Source: a virus (Duplodnaviria > Caudoviricetes). From it: DNA of 37,698 bases. The notes below the pieces were generated by a model, which saw only the letters and a program-made list of their open reading frames with translations, searched no databases and was not told where the DNA came from. The translations under genes were made by a program, and so were the position numbers. The stretch is from positions 1 through 37,698 of the IMG/VR virus record IMGVR_UViG_3300037722_000939; one strand, 5' to 3'. Below, piece after piece: positions 8,397 to 16,523 of the stretch. Numbering within the stretch: position 1 is the stretch's first letter; the number at the start of each line of letters is the position of its first letter.

Positions 8397-8471
8397 CGCG
8401 GGGTGGAGCAGTAGTAGCTCGGCTGGCTCATAACCAGCAGGTCGTCGGTGCAAATCCGGCCCCCGCTTCCA
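8397..8471 (+). tRNA. tRNA-Met(CAT), initiator-like, non-canonical
   Basis: Cloverleaf: CGCGGGG/CCCCGCT, D stem GAGC/GCTC, anticodon arm GCTGG-CTCATAA-CCAGC, T arm GTCGG-TGCAAAT-CCGGC, encoded CCA. Confidence 0.85.
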
Positions 8472-8590
8472 GACCCAGAGCCGTGCGTATCCGGCCACCC
8501 CGCGTTCGTAGTGGGGATGATGCGGCCAGGCGGGGCGTTCACCATTCGCCCACGCCAGCCGCATCTCGTTTTTTCGGAAATGCAGGGGAA

Positions 8591-9226
8591 TTGTGCCCCC
8601 CGCATGATGGCCCGGCCGCAAAGACTGCCCTGTCCGCGCCGGCCGGGCCATTCGATCTTCTCGGCGTTCCGCGTGTCGTCGACACCGACGCACCGGCCAC
8701 GATGGCCGAAGCCAATCTGATCGCCGATGTCGACGAGCTGGTGCGCGCGCAAAAGCCCGCGACGGTCTACGCCGAGGCGATCCGGCTCCGTGGCTCGTCG
8801 CTGACGCCTTTCGGCGCGGCGTGCCTCGGCGCCGTCCCTGCGTTTCTCGTCGCCATGCTGTTCGCGCCGGGCGCGGTGCGTGGCGTGTGCTTCTTCATCG
8901 CTTCCGTGTTCGCCGCCATGGCCCTGCTGTCCTGGCGCCCTGATCGCCTTCCGCCGTTCGACGATGCGCTCGACGCGGAAGGCAACCTGCTTCGTGCTGC
9001 GGCTCCCGCTCTCCTCCCGCGGTCCGCAGGCGAAGGCCTCCATCCCGGGGGCTCTTCCCAAAAACTTGGCCGCCAGCCGGGATTAGCAAGACGGCTGGCG
9101 GTCCTTTTGGAGGGGAGGCCGGATTATTTCGGACGGCTCGACGCGGGCCGAATTCCTTTTGCCGGCGTAGCAGTCGGCGCCTTCTGCGCCGTGTCGACGA
9201 TGGTGATTGCGGGGGCGTGGGCATGA
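8591..9226 (+). CDS. Hypothetical membrane protein (start uncertain)
   Basis: Two or three TM segments; TTG start with AGGGG RBS chosen to avoid the tRNA. Confidence 0.55.
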   Translation: MCPPHDGPAAKTALSAPAGPFDLLGVPRVVDTDAPATMAEANLIADVDELVRAQKPATVYAEAIRLRGSSLTPFGAACLGAVPAFLVAMLFAPGAVRGVCFFIASVFAAMALLSWRPDRLPPFDDALDAEGNLLRAAAPALLPRSAGEGLHPGGSSQKLGRQPGLARRLAVLLEGRPDYFGRLDAGRIPFAGVAVGAFCAVSTMVIAGAWA

Positions 9227-9447
9227 AGCGCGCCTTTGGACCGCTCCTATCGGCCGCCGCGGGGTTGCTTCTGGCAGGCCTGCACTCTCCGAGGTTCCAC
9301 GTCGATTACGGGCCCCGCGTTTACACGCGGAGGAACATCGGCCGCGACCAGCTCAAGCCGGTTCGGAACTCGCGCTATCAGCCGCACCAGGGCGAGCGGG
9401 AAATGGCGCGTCGGCGCCGGCAACTCGCGGAGGGCAAGATTCGATGA
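9223..9447 (+). CDS. Hypothetical small basic protein
   Basis: ATGA overlaps on both sides. Confidence 0.6.
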   Translation: MKRAFGPLLSAAAGLLLAGLHSPRFHVDYGPRVYTRRNIGRDQLKPVRNSRYQPHQGEREMARRRRQLAEGKIR

Positions 9448-9677
9448 CGCATGTTGAAGCCGCCGTGAAGCGCATTGCGCGCGAATTGCTCGGCGCGGAT
9501 CCCGACAAGGTGACGCCCGAGACGACGTGGGACGATCTCAAAGCGGACAGCCTCGATCGCGTCGAACTCGCGATGGCCTTCGAGGAGGAATTCGGGATCG
9601 AGCTGACCGACGACGACATCGAGACGATCCACACAGTCGGCGAAATGATCGCGCTGATCGAGAGGAAGCGCGGATGA
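9444..9677 (+). CDS. acpP: Acyl carrier protein
   Basis: DDLKADSLDRVELAMAFEEEFGIE...TVG; phosphopantetheine Ser in DSL; 77 aa, acidic. Confidence 0.92.
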   Translation: MTHVEAAVKRIARELLGADPDKVTPETTWDDLKADSLDRVELAMAFEEEFGIELTDDDIETIHTVGEMIALIERKRG

Positions 9678-9859
9678 AGGGCGCAACCTCCCTTGACTTC
9701 CGGCGTGCGCGCCCTCCTGCGGTGACGCTGATCCAATTCGGGGTCGCGGCGCTGCACATCAGCCGCGCGAACGGCATCCCCAAAGGCACTGCGTTCCTGC
9801 GCGCCTTCCCGGTCACGGTGAATTCCGTCAAGCCGAAGGAGCCCGCCGCGCATGGGTGA
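9674..9859 (+). CDS. Hypothetical small protein
   Basis: Fills the gap with coupled overlaps. Confidence 0.45.
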   Translation: MKGATSLDFRRARPPAVTLIQFGVAALHISRANGIPKGTAFLRAFPVTVNSVKPKEPAAHG

Positions 9860-11351
9860 CACCGGCATCGAGTGGACGAACAAGACATGGAACCCGATCG
9901 TCGGCTGCTCGATCGTCTCTCCCGGCTGCACGAACTGCTACGCGATGCGCACCGCCGGCGCGTGGACGAAACACACCGCGAAATATGCCGGGCTGACGCA
10001 GCCCTCGAAGGGCGGGCCGGTATGGACCGGCGGCGTGCGCTTTTGGGACAAGGCGCTGCTCGAGCCCCTGTCGTGGAAGGCGCCTGTTCGGTGCTTCGTC
10101 AATTCGATGGGCGACCTCTTCCACGAGGAAGCGCCCGACGAGTGGATTGACCGCTGCTTCGCGGTGATGGCGCTCGCGCCACAGCATCAGTTTCAGATCC
10201 TCACGAAGCGGCCGGAGCGGATGCGGGCTTACATGCGCGATGCGCAAACACCCTTCCGCGTCGCACGTCAAATGGACGCCATTTCTAGCGCAGCGCGCTT
10301 GGGGCCGGAGGAGATCAGGCCGATCGAGGGCTATCCCGGGTATTTTGTCTCGTCTCACGGGAACATTTATTCCGAGAAGCGCGGAAGCCGGCGTCGACTG
10401 AAGCCTGACGCGGGCGAGCAGGGCCACATGCGCGTGCCCCTCTACCGCGCTGGCGACAAGTCATACGATCGACTGCTGGTCCACCGCATCGTTCTTGAGG
10501 CCTTCGTAGGACCACCGCCCACGCCGGAAACTCAAGGTCGCCATCGCGACGGGAACCCTGCGAACAACGCTGAATCGAATCTCCGATGGGGCGACCAAGA
10601 GGCGAATTGGGCGGACAGTCTGCGTCATGGCACACATCGCCGCTATTCAAAGCTGACCGACACAGAGGTCGCGGCGATTCGTCGTCGGCATGCCGAAGGC
10701 GAGTCCGCCGAGGCTCTAGGGCGGGAATTCCCGGTATCCGCGACGCAAGTCAGAAACATCGCCGCGGGCAAGCAATGGGCCGTTGAAGCACCGATCGAAT
10801 GGCCGCTGCGGCAAATCTGGCTCGGTGTCTCCGCCGAACGGCAGCAGGAAGCGGACGAACGGATTCCGCTCCTGCTCGATACTCCCGCGGCGATCCGGTT
10901 CGTCAGCGCGGAGCCGCTTCTCGGGTCCATAGACATCGATAACCGGCTTGATTGGGTGATCGTCGGCGGCGAGTCCGGCCCGCACGCCCGCCCGATGCAC
11001 CCGGATTGGGCGCGCGGGCTGCGCGACCAGTGCCAGGCGGCGGGCGTGCCGTTCTTCTTCAAGCAATGGGGTGCGTGGCTTCCCGGCCAGAACGAAACTC
11101 ACCCCACCTTCGGAAAGTCGATAGCGCATCACCAAGATGGTGCGTGGGGTCCGCGCGACATCGCGCGAGGGCTCCAGTCCCGCAACTACGTCATGTGGGA
11201 GCCGGATGGCACCGAGCATAAGGGCGGCACGCGACTGAGCGGCGACTTCTTCGAGGTCGCGGCATGGGCGCAGCGCGTCGGCAAGAAAGCCGCTGGTCGC
11301 CTCCTCGACGGTCGTGAGTGGAACGAATTCCCGGAGGCCCGCGCCGCATGA
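9852..11351 (+). CDS. Phage Gp37/Gp68 (DUF5131) protein with an in-frame NUMOD4-HNH insertion
   Basis: IEWT..TWNP..GCSIVSPGCTNCYA, FVNSMGDLFHE, LTKRP, WLGVSAE, FVSAEPLLG, WVIVGGESG, FFFKQWG. Confidence 0.88.
   Translation: MGDTGIEWTNKTWNPIVGCSIVSPGCTNCYAMRTAGAWTKHTAKYAGLTQPSKGGPVWTGGVRFWDKALLEPLSWKAPVRCFVNSMGDLFHEEAPDEWIDRCFAVMALAPQHQFQILTKRPERMRAYMRDAQTPFRVARQMDAISSAARLGPEEIRPIEGYPGYFVSSHGNIYSEKRGSRRRLKPDAGEQGHMRVPLYRAGDKSYDRLLVHRIVLEAFVGPPPTPETQGRHRDGNPANNAESNLRWGDQEANWADSLRHGTHRRYSKLTDTEVAAIRRRHAEGESAEALGREFPVSATQVRNIAAGKQWAVEAPIEWPLRQIWLGVSAERQQEADERIPLLLDTPAAIRFVSAEPLLGSIDIDNRLDWVIVGGESGPHARPMHPDWARGLRDQCQAAGVPFFFKQWGAWLPGQNETHPTFGKSIAHHQDGAWGPRDIARGLQSRNYVMWEPDGTEHKGGTRLSGDFFEVAAWAQRVGKKAAGRLLDGREWNEFPEARAA
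10308..10781 (+). mobile_element. NUMOD4 + HNH homing endonuclease domain embedded in Gp37/Gp68 (boundaries approximate)
   Basis: IRPIEGYPGYFVSSHGNIYS, VHRIVLEAFVG, RHRDGNPANN..SNLRWG...N, C-terminal HTH. Confidence 0.8.
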
Positions 11352-11578
11352 CGCGCTCCGACAAATACCGCACCGTCACCGCTACCTTCCGCGGCATCAC
11401 GCGGACCGGCAACGCGATCATCATTGACAATCCGCCATCGAAGGGCGCGGGCACCATGACGCTGCCCCGCTCGCTGCTGCACGGCGCGGACGATCTCAAA
11501 TTGGAGCGCATCGCCCCGGGCTACCCGGTCATGTTCCGCTTGGTGGAGTGGAAGGCCGAGGAGATCGGCCTCGCATGA
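11348..11578 (+). CDS. Hypothetical protein
   Basis: Coupled ATGA overlaps. Confidence 0.65.
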   Translation: MTRSDKYRTVTATFRGITRTGNAIIIDNPPSKGAGTMTLPRSLLHGADDLKLERIAPGYPVMFRLVEWKAEEIGLA

Positions 11579-12306
11579 CGCTCGGCTCGCATCAGCGCAC
11601 GATCGGCAAGAGCCAATCGCACATCACGCCGCGGCACATCATCGGCGCTCTCGGCGCGTTCGATCTCGATCCCTGCGCGTCGACCCCGCAGCCATGGCCC
11701 TGCGCTGCTCATGCTTTCACGGAATCCGACGATGGGCTCGCCCACGAGTGGTTCGGCCGCGTGTGGCTGAACCCGCCTTTCGATCGGCGGCTCGTCGGGG
11801 CTTTCATCGAGCGGTTGGCTGAACATGGGCGCGGCACCGCGTTCGTTCATGCTCGCACGGAGACGGCATGGTTCCGACCGATATGGTCGGACGGCACCGC
11901 GCTTCTCTTCCTCGCTGGCCGCGTGATCTTCCACAAGGCAGACGGTTCTCTGCAGACGACTAAGCGCGGGCTTGTCGCGAACTCCGGCGCGCCGGTTGTC
12001 CTGTGTGCCTTTGGGCGTGACGACGCCGACATTCTCGCGGTGTGCGGGATCGAAGGAGCGTTCGTGCCCTTGCGGCTGTCGCGCTCCGTCATCGTCGCTG
12101 CGGTGGAACCGTCCTGGCGCGAGGCGGTCGATGAATTTCTTCGGGGCCAGTCCGGCCCGGTTTCGCTCGGCGATCTCTACCGCGCCTTCGCGCGGCATCC
12201 GAAAGCACGCGGCAAGCGGTTCTGGCGTGAGAAATTGCGTCAGACGTTACAGCGTGGCGACTTCGTGCGCGTCCGCCCCGGCGTCTACGCGGCGGTGGCT
12301 GCATGA
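11575..12306 (+). CDS. Phage N6-adenine DNA methyltransferase (phage Dam-like family) with C-terminal extension
   Basis: TP..II..LG.FDLDPCA, DGLAHEW, VWLNPPF, ARTET.WF. Confidence 0.85.
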   Translation: MTLGSHQRTIGKSQSHITPRHIIGALGAFDLDPCASTPQPWPCAAHAFTESDDGLAHEWFGRVWLNPPFDRRLVGAFIERLAEHGRGTAFVHARTETAWFRPIWSDGTALLFLAGRVIFHKADGSLQTTKRGLVANSGAPVVLCAFGRDDADILAVCGIEGAFVPLRLSRSVIVAAVEPSWREAVDEFLRGQSGPVSLGDLYRAFARHPKARGKRFWREKLRQTLQRGDFVRVRPGVYAAVAA

Positions 12307-13214
12307 ACGCGCTTCCGCAAATCGACCCCACCGTCACCCGCCCGGTTCTCCGCTGGCATGGCGGTAAGTGGCGGCTCGCGCCGTGGATCATCAACCACTT
12401 CCCGCCGCACCGCGTCTATGTCGAGCCCTTCGGCGGCGCGGGAAGCGTGCTGCTCCGCAAGGAGCGGAGCTACGCCGAGATCTACAACGACCTCGACAAC
12501 GATGTGGTGAACCTCTTCCGCGTGTTGCGGACAGGGGGGGGCGCCCAACTCGCAGACCTGCTCCGGCTGACGCCGTTCGCGCGGCTCGAATTCAAGGAGG
12601 CATACGATATGTCTCCTGATCCGGTCGAGCGCGCGCGCCGCCTCTGCATCCGGGCCATGATGGGCTTCGGCAGCAACGGCCACAACATCCGGGTCAAGAC
12701 CGGCTTCCGGAACAACAGCAATCGTTCCAACACGACGCCGGCACTCGACTGGCGGAACTATCCCGACACATTGCTCGCGGTGATCGACCGCCTTCAAGGC
12801 GTGGTCATCGAGAACCGCGAGGCCGTCGCCTGCATGGAGCAGCACGATGGCCCGGAGACGCTGCACTATCTCGACCCGCCGTACCCGCACGAAACGCGGT
12901 CCCTCAAGAACGTCTACGACCTGAAATACCGCGGCAGCGGATCTTCGCATCGCTCGGCAATGTACGAACACGAGCTGACGCGCAAAGGCCACATCCGCTT
13001 GCTGGCCGCGGCGAAGCGGCTCCGCGGCATGGTCGTGATCTCCAGCTACGGCAACACGCTCTACGAGGACCGGCTGCGGCATTGGCGGCGCGTCGAAACC
13101 CCCGCCCTGGCGGACGGCGCTCAAGCCCGCACCGAAGTTCTCTGGATCAATCCCGCAGCCGCCGATGCGCTTGACCGTGCGCAACTCCCGTTGCTGTCGA
13201 GGGCGAGCGCATGA
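12303..13214 (+). CDS. D12-class (Dam-like) adenine methyltransferase
   Basis: RWHGGK, YVEPFGGAGSV, YNDLD, YLDPPY, TEVLWIN. Confidence 0.92.
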   Translation: MNALPQIDPTVTRPVLRWHGGKWRLAPWIINHFPPHRVYVEPFGGAGSVLLRKERSYAEIYNDLDNDVVNLFRVLRTGGGAQLADLLRLTPFARLEFKEAYDMSPDPVERARRLCIRAMMGFGSNGHNIRVKTGFRNNSNRSNTTPALDWRNYPDTLLAVIDRLQGVVIENREAVACMEQHDGPETLHYLDPPYPHETRSLKNVYDLKYRGSGSSHRSAMYEHELTRKGHIRLLAAAKRLRGMVVISSYGNTLYEDRLRHWRRVETPALADGAQARTEVLWINPAAADALDRAQLPLLSRASA

Positions 13215-13606
13215 AGCTGCTGCCCTATCTCCGCACCCTCGAGGGCTTCGGCTACGTCGCATCGCCCTACAGCGATCCAGACCTGCTGACGCGGCAATCC
13301 CGCTACCGTGCGGCCTGTCATTTCGCGCAATGGTGCGCGATCCAGAAGATCGTAATCGTCTCGCCGATCGTCCATTGGCACTCGGTTGCGGGGTGGTTCA
13401 ACCTTCCCACCGATGCTGCGGCATGGGCCCGGCAGAACGACACGCTGCTGGCTGACGCCGCACGCATGTTCGTCCTCGGCATTGAGGGCTGGAATCTCTC
13501 GGTCAGCGTGAAGAGCGAGATCGAGCAGCACATGGCGCGCAAGCGCCCCCTGTTCTTCGCTGAGCCCGCCGGTGACGGCTTCGTGTTGTCGGAGGGCTTG
13601 CTTTGA
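13211..13606 (+). CDS. DUF1937 / nucleoside deoxyribosyltransferase-like protein
   Basis: YVASPYS, SPIVHWH, GW..S..V..EI motifs. Confidence 0.7.
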   Translation: MKLLPYLRTLEGFGYVASPYSDPDLLTRQSRYRAACHFAQWCAIQKIVIVSPIVHWHSVAGWFNLPTDAAAWARQNDTLLADAARMFVLGIEGWNLSVSVKSEIEQHMARKRPLFFAEPAGDGFVLSEGLL

Positions 13607-13824
13607 GCGAAGGCCCCGAAACCGTTCACGCCGATGGAGGAGCGAAGGTTCGTCTCTGTCCCTGCTGCAACTTCGTGCAGATCGTGTTTTTTGATGCTGA
13701 CGACCATCCCTTCGCTTATGTCGCGCTCGACGCTGAAGAGGTGGAGATCGCCGCCACTGCGCTGCTGAAACTCGCAGAGGAAGCCCGCTCACCCCTCAAT
13801 ATGCGCTGCGAGGGCTCGGCATGA
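13603..13824 (+). CDS. Hypothetical small protein
   Basis: TTGA/ATGA overlaps, GGAGG RBS. Confidence 0.55.
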   Translation: MSEGPETVHADGGAKVRLCPCCNFVQIVFFDADDHPFAYVALDAEEVEIAATALLKLAEEARSPLNMRCEGSA

Positions 13825-14552
13825 CGGCCCCGCGGGAAATCCCGATCCTGTTCCGGCCGGAAATGGTGAGAGCCATTCTCGAGGGGAGGAAGACGCAGAC
13901 GCGCCGGCCGGTCTACTCGAAGCGCCGCATCAAGAACGGTGGCGTTCCGCCGTCCGCGGCGACGTTTCTCATCGGCCATCCGCCACCGCGTTTCACAACC
14001 TGGTCCATCGGCGTCAACGAGTATTGGGCCCTGACGCCTTGGCACAAGGTCAAGGTCGGCGACCTGCTTTGGGTGCGCGAGACGTGGCAGACCGGCATGG
14101 GGCCAGGCGGCCCGATGATCTGCTACCGGGCGACCCCGGACTATTTCGCTCTCGATTGGGCATGGGACGGACCCGACGAAGGTGCCGGGCCTTCCTTCAA
14201 TTATGACCGATGCCCCTGCGCGACTTGGGGCACCAACCTGTCCGATCTTCTTAGCGGAGCCGAGGGCCATTGGCGCCCCGGCATCCACATGCCGCGGTGG
14301 GCTTCGCGGATTCTGCTGCGCGTCACGGCGGTGAAGATCGAGCCGCTCAACACGATCAGCGGCCTCGACGCTTTGTCGGAAGGCGTCGGTCTGAGCGAGC
14401 TTCTTGATCGCGCCGCGCTCGAATTGGGCTTCGCTGGTTCCGGGCGTGCGCGCCGGGAATATCGCGAGATCTGGGAGCAAATACACGGTCACGGCTCGTG
14501 GGAAGCAAACCCCGAGGTCGTCGCCCTCACTTTCGAGCGGGTGGAGCCGTGA
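13821..14552 (+). CDS. ASCH/PUA-like phage protein
   Basis: PILF..EMVRAILEGRKTQTRR, GDLLWVRETW, IHMPRWASR, W..NP.V motifs. Confidence 0.75.
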   Translation: MTAPREIPILFRPEMVRAILEGRKTQTRRPVYSKRRIKNGGVPPSAATFLIGHPPPRFTTWSIGVNEYWALTPWHKVKVGDLLWVRETWQTGMGPGGPMICYRATPDYFALDWAWDGPDEGAGPSFNYDRCPCATWGTNLSDLLSGAEGHWRPGIHMPRWASRILLRVTAVKIEPLNTISGLDALSEGVGLSELLDRAALELGFAGSGRARREYREIWEQIHGHGSWEANPEVVALTFERVEP

Positions 14553-15004
14553 TGGAGCCGCCCGTCAACCGTGACGAACGCCGCGTGCGCGCCGCCGGGA
14601 TTCGCCGGTCCTACCGGCTGAAGATCTTCGACGTGGTGCTTGTCGCGAGCGCGGAGCAGGCGCCGCACGAGATCTGGCAGATCAAGCACGTCCCGCGCGA
14701 CGGCACGGTGCGCCTCTTCTACGACAAGGACGAGGCAGAGCGCGTGATGCGCCGGCTGAACCCCGACACATGGATGTTGGAGGGATGGGGCGCGCACAAC
14801 CGCCAGCTCGCCGACGCCGACGCCGCGTGCGCGGCTGAGAAGCTCGTCGAGCGGAAGATTCACGATTCAGAAACCGGCGCCTACCTCGTCTCGGCTTGGG
14901 GCAGCGCCGACGTGTTGCAGCGTGTCGAGCAGGCGGAGAACGGTTCCACAGGAGGCCCAAGTGGCGAAGAAGAGTCAGGTCGGGAAGAACACGGTCAGCG
15001 GTAA
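14552..15004 (+). CDS. Hypothetical protein
   Basis: TGATG coupling; coding-like codon usage. Confidence 0.55.
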   Translation: MEPPVNRDERRVRAAGIRRSYRLKIFDVVLVASAEQAPHEIWQIKHVPRDGTVRLFYDKDEAERVMRRLNPDTWMLEGWGAHNRQLADADAACAAEKLVERKIHDSETGAYLVSAWGSADVLQRVEQAENGSTGGPSGEEESGREEHGQR

Positions 15005-15632
15005 GGAACTCACCGCTCTTATCGAGCGGATCGAGCGGCTCAAGAGCCAGAAGAAGGAAATCGGCGACATGATCGCCGCGGTGAAAGCCGAGGCTACGGC
15101 CAAGGGCTTCTCCGCCGCGCGCATCAACGAGATTCTCAAGATACGCGAAATGCCGCCGCACGATCGGCAGGAGGCAGAACAAGAACTGCAGATGTATCTG
15201 CACGCTCTCGGTATGGACACCGAGGCGCCGCTGTTCCGCGCCGTGGGAGCAATGAACGTCGACCTGGCCGTGAAGGAGCAGGTTATCGAAGCCTTCAAGC
15301 TGTTGGTTCCTACCGATGGCGAGGTAGTCGTCACGGTCGGCGGCTCCAAGGTTCGCCTCTGGCGCGACAGCAAGGGCGAGTGCCACGCGGCCGATGTGGT
15401 GGACAAGCCGCAGCCAGCGACGACTGGATTCCCGGACGGTTCCGTGCCGCCGCAGGCGCAGCGGGAGATTCCCGATGTCGAGCCGGCAGGAGCCTTAGAA
15501 CTCGGCAAGGTCGCCTACGACGAGAATGAGCCGATCACCGCGAACCCGTTCCCCTACGGCGACAAGCGCCGACCGAAGTGGGATGAGGGCTGGCGCAAGG
15601 CGTCAGGCAGCGACGGCATGGGTGAAGACTAG
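14961..15632 (+). CDS. GapR/DUF2312 DNA-binding domain protein with C-terminal extension
   Basis: ELTALIERIERL...KKEI...KAEA..KGF...YLHALGM; AGGAGG RBS. Confidence 0.8.
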   Translation: MAKKSQVGKNTVSGKELTALIERIERLKSQKKEIGDMIAAVKAEATAKGFSAARINEILKIREMPPHDRQEAEQELQMYLHALGMDTEAPLFRAVGAMNVDLAVKEQVIEAFKLLVPTDGEVVVTVGGSKVRLWRDSKGECHAADVVDKPQPATTGFPDGSVPPQAQREIPDVEPAGALELGKVAYDENEPITANPFPYGDKRRPKWDEGWRKASGSDGMGED

Positions 15633-15635
15633 CCC

Positions 15636-16523
15636 ATGCGGGAAATTCGTCAGCCACCACAGAGCTTCGCCGCGTTCGGCGAGGTTCTTTACCCGGACGC
15701 GGCGCAGGAGCCCATTCTCGCGCCGGTCGTCCGCGGTGCGCTCATGGAGTGGCTGACGGAGATATGGGCCGAGGATGAACTCAAGGCCGTCGATCTTAGG
15801 CCTCGGAAGAAGGCGCTCTTCACCGGCCCGCCTGGCGTCGGCAAGACGACGCTGGCGCACCATCTGGCGGCGCGGCTCGGGCTCGCGCTCGTTTGCGTGC
15901 GCTCCGACCGGTTGATTGATGCCTATATCGGCTCTACCGGGCGGAACATCGGCGCGCTGTTCGATCTCGCTGGCAAGAGCGAGCCGGTGGTTTTGTTCAT
16001 TGACGAATTCGATTCACTCGGCCTCAAGCGGCGACAGGCCACGCAGGGATCGGAGGACGAACGCAATTCCTCGGTTAATTCGCTCCTGCAGCGGATGGAA
16101 GGCTTCGACGGCTTCCTGATCGCCGCCACGAACTTTGACGGCGAGATCGACCAAGCGATCTGGCGTCGGTTCGACCTGCAGATTGCGCTCGCACTGCCTG
16201 GGCAGGCGGAGCGTGAAAAGATACTGCGCCGCTATCTCGCGCCGGTTGAGCTGCCGCTGCCCGCCCTGCAGGAACTCGCTCGCTCGTTCAATGAAGCGGC
16301 GCCCGCGTTGATGCGCCAATTCTGCGAGGGATTGAAGCGCCAGCTCATCATCGGCCCGAAGTGCGATTGGAAGATGGACAAGGAAGCCGTGATCGCGCGG
16401 CTTGTTACCTCCATCGGTCCACACCCCGACCTTGCGCGGCCGCGTCTGTGGGTTCGCGGCAAGGATGATCCGGCGGTGGCGGCGCTGCCCTGGCCCCTCG
16501 AGATTTTGAAGAAGGCCGCATGA
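15636..16523 (+). CDS. AAA+ ATPase
   Basis: Walker A GPPGVGKT, Walker B VLFIDEFD, AATN, D.AIWRRFD. Confidence 0.92.
   Translation: MREIRQPPQSFAAFGEVLYPDAAQEPILAPVVRGALMEWLTEIWAEDELKAVDLRPRKKALFTGPPGVGKTTLAHHLAARLGLALVCVRSDRLIDAYIGSTGRNIGALFDLAGKSEPVVLFIDEFDSLGLKRRQATQGSEDERNSSVNSLLQRMEGFDGFLIAATNFDGEIDQAIWRRFDLQIALALPGQAEREKILRRYLAPVELPLPALQELARSFNEAAPALMRQFCEGLKRQLIIGPKCDWKMDKEAVIARLVTSIGPHPDLARPRLWVRGKDDPAVAALPWPLEILKKAA

Noticed and set aside
8342-8590. N-terminal extension of the 294-aa ORF
   Set aside because: It reads through the tRNA-Met; a downstream start is more plausible
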